Source of the DNA: an uncultured delta proteobacterium
GTDB taxonomy: Bacteria; Desulfobacterota; Binatia; UBA9968
NCBI GenBank assembly: GCA_963760795.1
Contig: CAVXEP010000018.1
Coordinates: 32,001 to 96,000 of the forward strand
Direction: 5' to 3'
DNA: 64,000 nt
Shown: positions 43,261 through 53,540 of the stretch, piece after piece
How positions within the stretch are numbered: the first letter of the stretch is position 1
Layout of the letters: each line of letters opens with the position of its first letter
Notes under the pieces: model-generated
Told to the model about the DNA's origin: nothing
Databases searched by the model: none
Seen by the model: the letters and a program-made list of their open reading frames with translations, nothing else
Made by a program: the position numbers and the translations under genes

Positions 43261-45192
43261 TTAATCGTCACCCAGCGCCCGGTAAATCTGCTCGGGCGCC
43301 ATGCCATCGATCTCGAGCATGAGTCGCGCGCTTTCCGCCGCTGCGCCTGGGCAACGTTCTTGAGCCGTGATCCATGCCGCGAGCTGCGCCACGGTCGGCG
43401 TGGCAAATAGTGTTTTCAATGGCTGGGTCAAGGCAAACAGTTGGTTCACCCGTGCGACAATTGCGTTGGCCAGGAGCGAGTCGCCGCCAAGGGCGAAGAA
43501 ATCGTCAGCGCTGCCCAATTCCTCCAACTGCAAGACCTCGCGCCAAAGCTGCACCAGGACGGTCTCCAGTTGGTTCCGCGGCGCGGCATAAGGAACATCG
43601 AGGGCGGCGCGCGAATGGCGCGCCTCCGGCAATCCACGCCGGTCGATCTTGCCGCTGCGGGTCATCGGCAGGCGGGCCAATTGAACAAACGCGGCGGGAA
43701 TCATGTAATCGGGTAATTTTTCTTGCAACGCGCCGCGGATTTGACTCACGTTCATGGCGGTACCGGCCCGCAAGACGACGTAGGCCAATAACCGCGCGCC
43801 GCCATCGCGCTGCTGCCGTGCCACCACCGCCGCTTGTACGATGCCGACGATCTCGAGCAAGGCGATTTCAACTTCGGCAAGCTCGACCCGGTGGCCTCTA
43901 ATTTTGGCTTGCAAATCTTTTCTGCCGACATGAACCAGACAACCATCCGGCCGCAAATAACCTAGGTCGCCGGAAAGAAATATGCGCGCGTCGCTGCCGG
44001 CGGGATCGGTTAAGAACTTGGCTTGGGTCAATTCCGGACGACGCCAATAGCCGCTGGCGAGAAAGCGGCTCTTTACCGCGATTTCACCGACAGTGTTTGC
44101 CGCCACCGGCTTTCCCGCTTCGTCCAGCACGGCGATTTCGTAACCGTCCAAGGCAAAGCCAACCGGCACCACCGGTTCTTCGACGATGCTATTCTTGTCG
44201 ATGAAAAAATAGCTGGCGGTCTTGGTCTCGCTGATGCCAAGCCGGTTGACCAACCGGCAGCCGTCGATGAAGTGTTGCTTGAACAACTCGATGTCGGATT
44301 GAAACAGCGCCTCGCCGCCGAGATGAACCAAGCGAACACTAGGGAAAGTGGCGTGGTGGTCGACGTTGCGCAGCGCGTGGCGAAACACACTGGCGACACA
44401 AGTGAAGAACCGTGATCTCATCACCGATCAGCCAGTCGGCCAAACCGGCCAGTCCCTCTTCCTTGAGTTCCAACAGACACAGCGCCGCGCCATTGAGCAA
44501 TCCCAGGAGCGCATCGGAAGTGGCGCCGACGTTGTGCGAGCGCAGCAGGCTGATGCGATCCGACGGTGTAATTGCCAACGCTTTGGCCTTGACCAGAATG
44601 CTATGCAACTCGCTGCCATGGTCCGACATGACGCCTTTGGGCTCGCCGGTGGAGCCGGAAGTGTAGTTGATATAGGCGATGGCGCTGGGCGCGATCGCCA
44701 ACCCGAGATTGCTGTCGGCGAGATCGTCCTTGAGCGCGTCGAGATTGATCACGATAACATCGCCCCCGGCAAGCTCACGGGCGCAGCGATAGTGCTCGCT
44801 GTCGGTGACGATCGCGCGCGCGCCCTGCGTCTTCAATCAGCCGGGCGGCCCGCGCTTGCGGTAGTTTGTCGTCGATCTGGACAAACGGCCGGCCGGTCTT
44901 GAGCACCGCCAGGTTCGCTGTGATCAGCGCGCTTCCGTGTTTGAAGAGCAACGCGATCGGTTCGTCGCCTGCCGGCGATGCAGTCAAGATCGCACGGCCC
45001 AGCCGGTTCGCCGCGCGATTCAGTTGATCGTAGGTCAGCGCCTGATTCAAAGTTTTCAGGGCGAGGCGCGCGCCATGGAGCGCCACCTGCTGTTCGAAGC
45101 GGCCGGTGAGCGATTGCGCTGCCCCAGAGATACCGCGGGAACAGATTCTCAGACGATCGTTTTCGCTGTGGTTTGGCCAGCCGTCGAGTCAT
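43261..45192 (-). CDS. NRPS 1: stand-alone A-PCP loading module with an atypical substrate pocket; three apparent frameshifts
   Basis: LTYDQLN, YTSGSTGEPKG, LGGE, SGDLG, KIRGHRVELAEVE, SGKIDR, FFALGGDSL. Confidence 0.87.
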
Positions 45193-45234
45193 GAGCGCTA
45201 AAAAACTTTCGGGGATTTTTTCCGGCGGCGACGG

Positions 45235-48200
45235 CTAACGAAACCGAGTTGAATCACTTTCGCCCATAGTCAGGAAGCCAGTCATCGCCAGAGCGGCGAA
45301 AAGTTCCCGCGCGGCGCTCGACTCTTGGCGCGCCTGCTCAAGGTTTCCCGCCACCCCATAGACTTGGGCAAGCGCCGCATGACAATGCGCCTGGAGCGGC
45401 CGCATCGCCATATCACTGGCAAGACTCAACGCTTCGCGATAGTGCCCCTCGGCCTGCTCGATTTGTTTAACGGTGAGGCGCATGGCGATATCGCCGCGCA
45501 GCTTGAGCGCCAAAGCGCCATGACCCGGCTCTTTGTGTTGTTTGGATAACTCACAGGCACGATCCGCCAAGACCATCGCTTCGTCGATGCGATTGGCGCT
45601 CAAGTAGGCGTCGCTCAGCCAAGCGAGATTAAGCGCCAAGAACCCAGCCCGGCCCACCGCGGCGGAATCTTCGATGCTTTGCTCGAGTAGCCGCAACCCT
45701 TCAGCCTGACGGCCGGCACGGACATAAGCGTAACCCAGTCGCGGCGCAACCAAGGGCACATAAATCGCGATATGTTTCTCCTCGCACAGAGTCATCGCCC
45801 GCTCCAAGACTGGTATCGCTTCGTGAAAGTCACCCTTGAAAAGATACAGAAAACCGAGACTGGCGTTGACGTGAATCTGACTCACCGGATGATTCGCCTC
45901 ATCGGCGATCTGCACGCCCTCGGCGCCGCGCTCCAGCCCTTCGGCAAAATCCCCGGTCATCGCCAAGGATTGCAACAAATGGCTGCGAAAGATCACCGAA
46001 AGAATCACCGTGGTGCCGAAACGTTGGTGGCGCAAAGCCCCCTCGACGCTTTGCATGCCGCTGCGCAGCACCGTCGCGGCGCGCCCATACTGGGCGACTT
46101 TGTTGTAAGCCACTCCGGTGTAGTAACTGGCCACCGCCCGCAATGCGGTGTCCTCTTGGGTGGCCGGCATCGCCAAGGCACGCTGGCCGGCTGCGATCGC
46201 CCGCTCGGGATCGCCGATCAAACCGTAATAACTATTTTGAAAATTGAGCACCCGCGCCAAGCGCCGGCTGTCGCCGATCCGTTCGGCGAGCGTCTCGGCT
46301 TGCGTCAGATGGTCACCGACCCGCGGTAAATCGCCGCGCAGAAACAGCACGTTGCGGCAGTCCAGGTGCAGATCGATGCGCTGCTCAAGTCGCGCCGCGG
46401 TTTCCGGCAGATGGCCGAGCGCTTCAAAGGCGCGGGTATAGTTATCAAAGGCCTCGCCGAAAGCCGAATGGCTCATCGCCTTGGCGCCCGCTTGGCTCAT
46501 ATAGTCGGCGGCTTTTTCCCATAACTCGCCGCGAAACGCGTGGTCCGCGAGCGCTTCAATCTCGTCGAGCGGATTGCCGCCGCTTAGCCGCTCGATCGCC
46601 GCCGCAGTCTGCGCATGCAGCGCTGTCTTGCGCTCGTGCAATAATGCGCCGTACACCACTTCGTTGATCAACGCGTGGGTAAATTTGTATTCCAACTTGG
46701 GATATAAGTTGCTTTCATAAAGAAACTCGCCGGTTTGTAAATGGCTCAAGGCGCCGCGCAGTTCTTCTTCCGGCAATCCCGTGATGCCATGGAGCAGCCG
46801 CTCGGGAACGATCATGCCGATGACCGCGGCGCTTTGCAGTAGTTGTTTCTCCAGCGCCGGCAAGCGATCGATGCGATCGGCGAGAACCGTTTGCACGGTG
46901 TTGGGAATACGAATGTTCTCGACCTGCACCCCCGGGCGATAGTTTCCCTTCGCGCCAATCAGAATGCCCGAAGCGGTCAAAGAGCGCACGCTCTCTTCGA
47001 CGAAGAACGGGTTACCATCCGTCCGGCTGATCAGCAGCTGTTTGACCGTCGCCAGATCGCCATGAGCGCCCATCAGCGCATCGAGCAACTCTTCCGCGCC
47101 TGCCGCCGTTAATGGATTGAGACGTAAACGGCTGTAGTGCTCTTTATTGGCCCATGCGTGGCTGTAGCCCGGCCGGTAATTGACCACTAAGCAGATCCGC
47201 CCGCTCGGCAGCCGATCGACTAAAGCGTCGAGAAACGCTTGGGTCTCGCTGTCGATCCAGTGCAAGTCTTCAAAAACTAAAAGCAGCGGTTTCACGCCAC
47301 TCGCTTGTAAGAGCACGCGCACTAAAGCCGCCAGGGTCGATGCACGCCGATCCGGCAAATCCATGGCGCGGTAGTTCGCCGCCGCGACCGCGACCGCCGG
47401 GAACGTTTCGCTCCAGCGCGACAGCAAATCGCCCGGCTCGGTCGATGCATCCGGCAGCGCATCCAGCAGCGCCAGTATCGGCGCCACCGCCTCGCTCAGA
47501 TTTACGTCAAGTGTCTGCATCTCTTCGGCGACCCGCGAGCGCACAGCATCGGCGTCGTCAGTTTCGTGCAGGTTAAAAAATGTCCGCAGCAATTCGATCA
47601 CCGGGAAATAGGGCGTCGCCTTGCCATAGGACACCGACGGCGCTTCAAGCACGCGCCACTCGGAGGAGACGTGATGATCGAGAAACTGGCGCAGTAAACG
47701 GGACTTGCCCATGCCGGCTTCGCCGACCACTGCCAAGATCCGGCCATGACCGGCGGCAGTTTGCGCCAACATTTGCTGGGCAAACGCAATCTCGGTCCGG
47801 CGTCCGACGAAGGGTGATAGTCCACGCGCCTCCGCCGCTTGCAAGCGATTACGCGCCGCGGTGGCTCCGGTCAGTTCAAAGGCATCGATGGCAGTGGAAA
47901 AGCCCTTGACTTGGAGCGCGCCCAACGGCCGCACCACGACGAAACCTTCTACTTCGCGCAAGGTGTCGGCGGTGATCGCGATCGATCCCGGCCCCGCCAG
48001 GGATTCCATGCGCGCGGCGAGATGCGTCGTTTGCCCGAGCGCCGAGTAGTCGATGTTGAGATCGTTGGTCAGCGAGCGGACGACCACCTCGCCGGAGTTG
48101 ATGCCGATGCCGATCTGCAGCGGCGTCGGCTGGGGCAACGGGCCATCCGTGCCGCCACCACGGCGCAATTCCGCTTGCATCGCCAGCGCCGCGTAGCATG

Positions 48201-48687
48201 CCCGCAGGGCGTGATCTTCATGCGCCAGGGGCGCGCCAAACAGCGCCATGATGCCATCGCCCAAAACTTGATTGACCGTGCCGTCGTAACGATGCACCGC
48301 GGCCATCATGACCCGCAGCACTGGATCGAAATGTTTACGCACCTCCTCCGGATCGAGTTTCTCGATGAAACTGGTCGAACCGCGGATGTCGGCGAACAAG
48401 ACCGTCACTCTTTTACGTTCGCCTTCCATGAAGCGGCGCGACGCGAGCATGCGATCCGCGACGTTATCGGTTGTAACGGCTGCAGCCGCAGCAGCCGGCG
48501 CCGCCGCGTTGACTGCATCACCAAGCCGGGCGCCGCACTTTTTGCAGAATTTCGCGCCTCTGCGATTGCTTTCGCCGCATTGCCCGCAGTTGGCATCGAG
48601 CGGCGCGCCGCATGCGTCGCAAAACTGCGCATCCGCCGCGTTGCCATTCTGACAAGCGCGGCAAATTATTCTTGGCTCCTCCGCCAT
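45235..48687 (-). CDS. Double zinc ribbon - class III nucleotide cyclase - AAA ATPase - TPR protein
   Basis: Four CxxC pairs; VLFADIRGST, LGDGIMALFG; GEAGMGKS, FEDLHW, GNPFFVEE; helical repeats at the C-terminus. Confidence 0.92.
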   Translation of the reverse strand: MAEEPRIICRACQNGNAADAQFCDACGAPLDANCGQCGESNRRGAKFCKKCGARLGDAVNAAAPAAAAAAVTTDNVADRMLASRRFMEGERKRVTVLFADIRGSTSFIEKLDPEEVRKHFDPVLRVMMAAVHRYDGTVNQVLGDGIMALFGAPLAHEDHALRACYAALAMQAELRRGGGTDGPLPQPTPLQIGIGINSGEVVVRSLTNDLNIDYSALGQTTHLAARMESLAGPGSIAITADTLREVEGFVVVRPLGALQVKGFSTAIDAFELTGATAARNRLQAAEARGLSPFVGRRTEIAFAQQMLAQTAAGHGRILAVVGEAGMGKSRLLRQFLDHHVSSEWRVLEAPSVSYGKATPYFPVIELLRTFFNLHETDDADAVRSRVAEEMQTLDVNLSEAVAPILALLDALPDASTEPGDLLSRWSETFPAVAVAAANYRAMDLPDRRASTLAALVRVLLQASGVKPLLLVFEDLHWIDSETQAFLDALVDRLPSGRICLVVNYRPGYSHAWANKEHYSRLRLNPLTAAGAEELLDALMGAHGDLATVKQLLISRTDGNPFFVEESVRSLTASGILIGAKGNYRPGVQVENIRIPNTVQTVLADRIDRLPALEKQLLQSAAVIGMIVPERLLHGITGLPEEELRGALSHLQTGEFLYESNLYPKLEYKFTHALINEVVYGALLHERKTALHAQTAAAIERLSGGNPLDEIEALADHAFRGELWEKAADYMSQAGAKAMSHSAFGEAFDNYTRAFEALGHLPETAARLEQRIDLHLDCRNVLFLRGDLPRVGDHLTQAETLAERIGDSRRLARVLNFQNSYYGLIGDPERAIAAGQRALAMPATQEDTALRAVASYYTGVAYNKVAQYGRAATVLRSGMQSVEGALRHQRFGTTVILSVIFRSHLLQSLAMTGDFAEGLERGAEGVQIADEANHPVSQIHVNASLGFLYLFKGDFHEAIPVLERAMTLCEEKHIAIYVPLVAPRLGYAYVRAGRQAEGLRLLEQSIEDSAAVGRAGFLALNLAWLSDAYLSANRIDEAMVLADRACELSKQHKEPGHGALALKLRGDIAMRLTVKQIEQAEGHYREALSLASDMAMRPLQAHCHAALAQVYGVAGNLEQARQESSAARELFAALAMTGFLTMGESDSTRFR

Positions 48688-48758
48688 CTTTGCGTATTTA
48701 ACGCAATTCCAGCGACGGCGCAAAGAGATTGGCCGGTAATAAGAGATTCGCCGCGAAT

Positions 48759-49820
48759 TTAGGATTCTTCGCGATACAGCCGCAAGGCATCGAACAAAGG
48801 CCGGTCGGAGACGGAGAAAAGAATCGTGTCCTCGGAACTGGATGTGTTGAGAAAACGGTGCCAGTGCCAAGTCGGCACATTGAAGCAATCGCGCTCCTGC
48901 CACGTCAAGTCGCTGGCAACGGCGCGCTGCTTGCCGATCATGGCCACTCCCTGACCGCGCACCACGTGATAAACGGTATTGCCGGTGTGGCGATGCGGCT
49001 GCGTCTGTTCGCCGGGACCGAGCAGTTGCATGCGGCAGCTCATCGTCGCCGTAGTCGGACCACCGTCCTGCGGATTGCGGAACTCCAACACGGCGCCGTC
49101 GAATGGATCGCGCTCTCCCGACAGCGCCAGATCTTTCAATGCGTTATAAGTTTCCGCCCAGCGGTATTTCACCGGAAACGGCCCCGGCCCATCGAGCACG
49201 CCCTGCGCCCGCAGCGGTCCCAGTTGCTTCATGTGAAAGCCGTCAGGTTTGGTGATCGGCTGCGAAAAACTTTCTGGATACCGCTGGTTTTCCCAATTAT
49301 CGAGATACTGCATCAGTGCGGTGTCCATGGCGGTAAACCAAATCGCCGGCTCCGATCCGGTATTGGTCGTGCCATGCCAAGTCCAACTCGGCTGCGTCAG
49401 CAAATCCCCCGGCTCCATGAACTGCTGCTCGCCCTCCGCGGTGGTATAAATGCCGCTGCCTTGAATCGCCAAGTAGACTGAAGTCGCCGTATGGCGGTGC
49501 GAGTCGGTCACTTCACCGCCGTTGACATGCTGCAACATGGCGGCAAAAGTGCGCGACACCCCGAGCGGAAGGATATCGGCAGAGTTGGTCATATGCAGGG
49601 TGCGCATGCGCATGACTTCATCGAGCGGCGCCAGTTCCCCGGCTTCGAGCAACAGCGGCGCCATCTCGCTCCAGCGCCATACCGATGGGCGAATTTCTTC
49701 CTGCTTCACCGCGCCCCGTTCGCGCTGCCATGCGCCGCGCAGAGAGCTTTGCTGGACTCTAGAGTTTAGGGTTTCGAGTCGATCGATAAGGACCTTAGAA
49801 TTAGAAATGGTATCGGCCAT
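48759..49820 (-). CDS. Bicupin, gentisate 1,2-dioxygenase-like
   Basis: SHRHTAT…PSWTWHG; PHRHTG…PTWHWH; FSVSDRP. Confidence 0.88.
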   Translation of the reverse strand: MADTISNSKVLIDRLETLNSRVQQSSLRGAWQRERGAVKQEEIRPSVWRWSEMAPLLLEAGELAPLDEVMRMRTLHMTNSADILPLGVSRTFAAMLQHVNGGEVTDSHRHTATSVYLAIQGSGIYTTAEGEQQFMEPGDLLTQPSWTWHGTTNTGSEPAIWFTAMDTALMQYLDNWENQRYPESFSQPITKPDGFHMKQLGPLRAQGVLDGPGPFPVKYRWAETYNALKDLALSGERDPFDGAVLEFRNPQDGGPTTATMSCRMQLLGPGEQTQPHRHTGNTVYHVVRGQGVAMIGKQRAVASDLTWQERDCFNVPTWHWHRFLNTSSSEDTILFSVSDRPLFDALRLYREES

Positions 49821-49897
49821 GATAAACTCCCCGCGAAAAGCGAAACGGCGAACAATTTTTCGCCTGTCGTGAAACCGATCGTTCGCGAGATTCGCCG

Positions 49898-51043
49898 CTA
49901 ATTCAAATGAAAAAAGTTCACCGCGTTATCGACCAGCATCTTCTGCTTCTCGTCTTCCGGCACGCCGGAAAAGATGTCGGCGATGACCCGCTTGGAATTG
50001 GGCCAGTCGCCGGCCGAGTGCGGGAAGTCATTGCCCCACATGATCTTATCGACCCCAACGTCGTAGCGCATGCGCAGACCGATGCGGTCATAGATAAATC
50101 CCCAATAAAAGTGTTCGCGGAAATAGGCGCTCGGCTCTTTGGCCAACGGTTTCAGGTCAAAGTAACGCTGCATCCAGTGCTTGCTGCGTTTGTAAACATC
50201 GTCGAGCTGATCGTAGTAGTAAGGCAGCCAGCCCATCTGCGTCTCCGCCCAATAGATTCTCAGGTTGGGAAAGCGGTCGAAGACACCGGATAGCAATAAC
50301 TGCACGGCATTCAAACCGCTATTGCCGCCGAAGCGCGTCAGTACCCGGATCGGGTCGCCGCCGAAGGCAACCTCGCCTGGGTCTTTGTCGTACTTGAACA
50401 ACGGCCCATCCGGCAGTCCCATCGCCACATGCACCGACAGCGGCATGTTCAGATCCAGCGCCGCGGCGTAGAATCGGTCGTCCTCCAACGTGGGATAGGA
50501 CTTGCCGCTCGGAAACGTGTTGAGCATCATGCCTTTCAGTCCGGCCTTGGCGCAGTACTCTAACTCCTTAACCGCAGCATCGACGGAATGAGTCGGCAGC
50601 GCGCCCAACGCAATCAACCGATCGCGGTTCGCTGCGCAGTATTCTTCGGCCAAGAAGGTATTGTAGGCGTGAACCGTTGCCAGATAGGCGTCGTCATTTT
50701 TGATGCCGCGCCAAAAACTCAGGTTGCCAGCCGATGTGTAAAGAATCTCACCGTCGACGCCGTCCTTGTCCTGCTCTTTTAAACGTTGCTCCGGCGATCC
50801 CGCCCCTTCCGACCCTTCGTAGCTAACCCCCCTAAGCTCATGCCGCTCATAGGGCTTACCGGCAATCGCCAAACCGACCACGTAAAGCGGCCGCCCTTCG
50901 ATGATGATGCCGTCCCCACCGTTGGCGAGTTTGACCAGCCTGGGCGCGCGATCGCGATACTTCGCCGGTATGCGATCAGTCCAACGCGACGGTGCAATTT
51001 CTAAATGTGAGTCGGCTGAGAACAAGCGATACTTACTGGGCAT
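49898..51043 (-). CDS. Amidohydrolase family protein
   Basis: SADSH, GVFDRFPNLRIYWAETQMGW, WGNDFPH. Confidence 0.92.
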   Translation of the reverse strand: MPSKYRLFSADSHLEIAPSRWTDRIPAKYRDRAPRLVKLANGGDGIIIEGRPLYVVGLAIAGKPYERHELRGVSYEGSEGAGSPEQRLKEQDKDGVDGEILYTSAGNLSFWRGIKNDDAYLATVHAYNTFLAEEYCAANRDRLIALGALPTHSVDAAVKELEYCAKAGLKGMMLNTFPSGKSYPTLEDDRFYAAALDLNMPLSVHVAMGLPDGPLFKYDKDPGEVAFGGDPIRVLTRFGGNSGLNAVQLLLSGVFDRFPNLRIYWAETQMGWLPYYYDQLDDVYKRSKHWMQRYFDLKPLAKEPSAYFREHFYWGFIYDRIGLRMRYDVGVDKIMWGNDFPHSAGDWPNSKRVIADIFSGVPEDEKQKMLVDNAVNFFHLN

Positions 51044-51104
51044 GATCTATCTCCCTATGGCTTTGAGAAAACCTTGAACCGTTGAACCTTGAACTTTGAA
51101 CGAG

Positions 51105-52292
51105 TCAGCGCGGCGTCTGCAACCATTTCTCCGGCTCCAGCCCCGGCCGATCTTTATACTTCGCGGCGATCGCGCGCACTTTCGGATGATCCGCCGCGGT
51201 TATTCTCCCGTCCTTGTAGACGTAGTTCTCGCCGATCTTAAGATTGCCGCCGCGCAATTCTGCAGAGATATGCATCAAGTAGGGAAACGTCTTGCTGCGC
51301 CGGCTGTTGCCCATGTGGAAGTGGAAACTGCTCCAGTGATGGTGCTCGATGAAGTGGCGGTACGGCGCGTTGGGGCACTGGTGCGGCTCCAGGATCGCCG
51401 ACGGATGGACGCCGCCGTGAAAACCGCGCACTTCGTAGGCCGCGTCGTCTAAGTATTTTGAAATGAATTGGTAGAAGCGCGTCAGAGTTTCTGCTTCGGC
51501 GCCGCCTTCGAATTTTTTGATCTGGCCTTTTTCGATGAACACTTTCACCGGCTGCTTGAACGGACAAGGCACGCCGATATGGCGCGCCCAGATCACGCCG
51601 ATCTCGTTGATGATGCCGACCCCCTCTGCGTCTCGCGCTCGGATCGACGACCAGACGCCTTCGGGAAATGGCCGGTAGACGCCGATGTCGCGATAGTGCG
51701 CGTAGTCGTCCATGTCTTCCGGTTTGACGACATAACCTTCGATGTGCGAACCGTTGGGATGGGTCATCACCCACTTGGCGCCCGGCACCGCCAGCGCATT
51801 AGCCTGGACCCGGATCTCAGAGACCAATTCGTAAGGCGTCAAGCCCCAGTTGCTCGTCAGCAGCGAGCCGGTCGTCGCCATGTTGCGCGCGTATGGGATG
51901 TTGTGCTCTTCGAGAATATCGGCGGTCTCGCGCAGCTCTTCTTCGAAGGTCAGATCGACGGCGTTGCTGATGATGCAGTCGGCGCCCTTCATGGCGGCGG
52001 CGACGATCTTCGGCACACGCCACGCTTTGCCGGGATCGGCGCCCTCGCCCCAAAGCACCATCGGCCGATAAGGAATATCACACCACACCACCGTCGCATC
52101 GGCGCCGCGCTGGACGATCGCCGAGTGCAGCCACGAGATGGTTTCCGAGTCGACGATATTGACGCCGCCATACATGCCATCGTTGCCCGCGACCAGCAGC
52201 ACATTCATCCCCGGCTTCACTTTGGCGCAGTTGTCGACCATGTCGCCGACGGCGATCGCCGCTTGTTTGGGAATCAACGGAACAGAGCTCAT
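51105..52292 (-). CDS. Hypothetical protein, possibly of the M29 aminopeptidase/NicX-like fold
   Basis: NCAKVKPGMNVLL, PFPEG, KGQIKKFEGGAEA, His-rich C-terminus, YKDGRI. Confidence 0.55.
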   Translation of the reverse strand: MSSVPLIPKQAAIAVGDMVDNCAKVKPGMNVLLVAGNDGMYGGVNIVDSETISWLHSAIVQRGADATVVWCDIPYRPMVLWGEGADPGKAWRVPKIVAAAMKGADCIISNAVDLTFEEELRETADILEEHNIPYARNMATTGSLLTSNWGLTPYELVSEIRVQANALAVPGAKWVMTHPNGSHIEGYVVKPEDMDDYAHYRDIGVYRPFPEGVWSSIRARDAEGVGIINEIGVIWARHIGVPCPFKQPVKVFIEKGQIKKFEGGAEAETLTRFYQFISKYLDDAAYEVRGFHGGVHPSAILEPHQCPNAPYRHFIEHHHWSSFHFHMGNSRRSKTFPYLMHISAELRGGNLKIGENYVYKDGRITAADHPKVRAIAAKYKDRPGLEPEKWLQTPR

Positions 52293-52311
52293 GAATATCT
52301 CCAAAACACTT

Positions 52312-52394
52312 GTTCAAAAGTTCAAGGTTCAAGGGTTCAAGGTCAGATCGGACTCGGACACCGATTGAACCTTGGAACTCTTGAACCATTGAAC
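52312..52394. repeat. Inverted pair of gttcaag/cttgaac arrays
   Basis: Four gttcaa units, a spacer, then four ttgaac-like units. Confidence 0.75.
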
Positions 52395-52400
52395 GAAATT

Positions 52401-53372
52401 TTATGCAACTTTCGCTTGCACCCTTGCTGCCTCGACCAACGGTTTATACTTGGCGCACAGCCCCTTCCAGCTCTCGGCCTTTTTCTTCGCCCGTTCGATG
52501 GCGGTGTCGGAAAATTTCACGATCGGCGTGCGTGCCGGACCGGGATTGACATAGCCGGCGAATTCAATGGGCAGCTTGGCCGTGGCGCCTTCGTTGCCGC
52601 CTGGTCGCTCGCCGCCGGCGGCGCTCATGATGTCGCCGATGACCGCGATCGCCTCTTGATCCTTGCCGGCGCGAACCAAATTGCGCAGGTGTAGCACCGG
52701 CCACGGTCCCATCCAGGCGTCGATCGACCAGCAGCCCGCCGAGCCCATACGATAGTAGGGAACCATCTGCGCCTGATTGGTCATGACGCTGATCTTGCCG
52801 CGGATGATTTCCATCAGCCGGAGGAACTCGCGGGTGTCGCGATGGCTGTCCTTCATGCCGACGATGTTCGAACATTTCACCAAGCGCGGAAACACCGACA
52901 CGGGAATCTTGACCTTGTGGTTGACCGGATTGTGATAGATCAAAAACGCCAGCTTGGGAAACATCTCGGCGATCTGGCTGTAGAAGTCCGCCATGAACTC
53001 CGGCGACTGCGCGTCATAATAGGGCACGCCGAGCAGCGACCCATCGGCGCCGATGTCCTGGACGAATTTCAAGCGCTCGACGACTTCGCGCGCGTTCGGG
53101 CTGGTGGCGCCGACGAACAAGGGCACGCGCTTCTTCACCGCGTCGACGGCGGCCGCCGCCAGGGTCTTGTACTCGTCCCAGCTCAGGTTGTAACACTCGC
53201 CAAAACTTCCCGTGGTGGTAATGACGTCGATGCCGTCGCCGATCATCTTGTCGACACCGGCTTTCAAATTATCCACGTCGATGGTATTTTTCGCCGTCAA
53301 GTCGCCGGCATCTTTGGTTGAAAACGACGGCATCATCGCCATCACGCCTTGGACATCCTTCGCTGTAACCAT
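52401..53372 (-). CDS. DHDPS/NAL-family hydratase-aldolase, NahE/PhdJ-like
   Basis: TGSFGEC (GxxGE), LGVPYY, IYHNP, GMKDS; ggagg RBS before 53372. Confidence 0.85.
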   Translation of the reverse strand: MVTAKDVQGVMAMMPSFSTKDAGDLTAKNTIDVDNLKAGVDKMIGDGIDVITTTGSFGECYNLSWDEYKTLAAAAVDAVKKRVPLFVGATSPNAREVVERLKFVQDIGADGSLLGVPYYDAQSPEFMADFYSQIAEMFPKLAFLIYHNPVNHKVKIPVSVFPRLVKCSNIVGMKDSHRDTREFLRLMEIIRGKISVMTNQAQMVPYYRMGSAGCWSIDAWMGPWPVLHLRNLVRAGKDQEAIAVIGDIMSAAGGERPGGNEGATAKLPIEFAGYVNPGPARTPIVKFSDTAIERAKKKAESWKGLCAKYKPLVEAARVQAKVA

Positions 53373-53540
53373 AATGAACCTCCGTAAAAGTGGGGAATAT
53401 TTTCTTAACTCATAGCTGGAAACAGTTGCCATTGTAAAGCCCAAGTTGCGCCGGGATTCGACGAATTTGCTACAACCACATTGAGTTAACGTTATGAACG
53501 ACTTAAACGGTTTGAACGATTCGAACCCCGGAGGATAAAA

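Noticed and set aside
45235-48687. Avs or Pycsar-type anti-phage system
   Set aside because: The architecture is a widespread signalling family, and no cognate effector or defence-island context is adjacent
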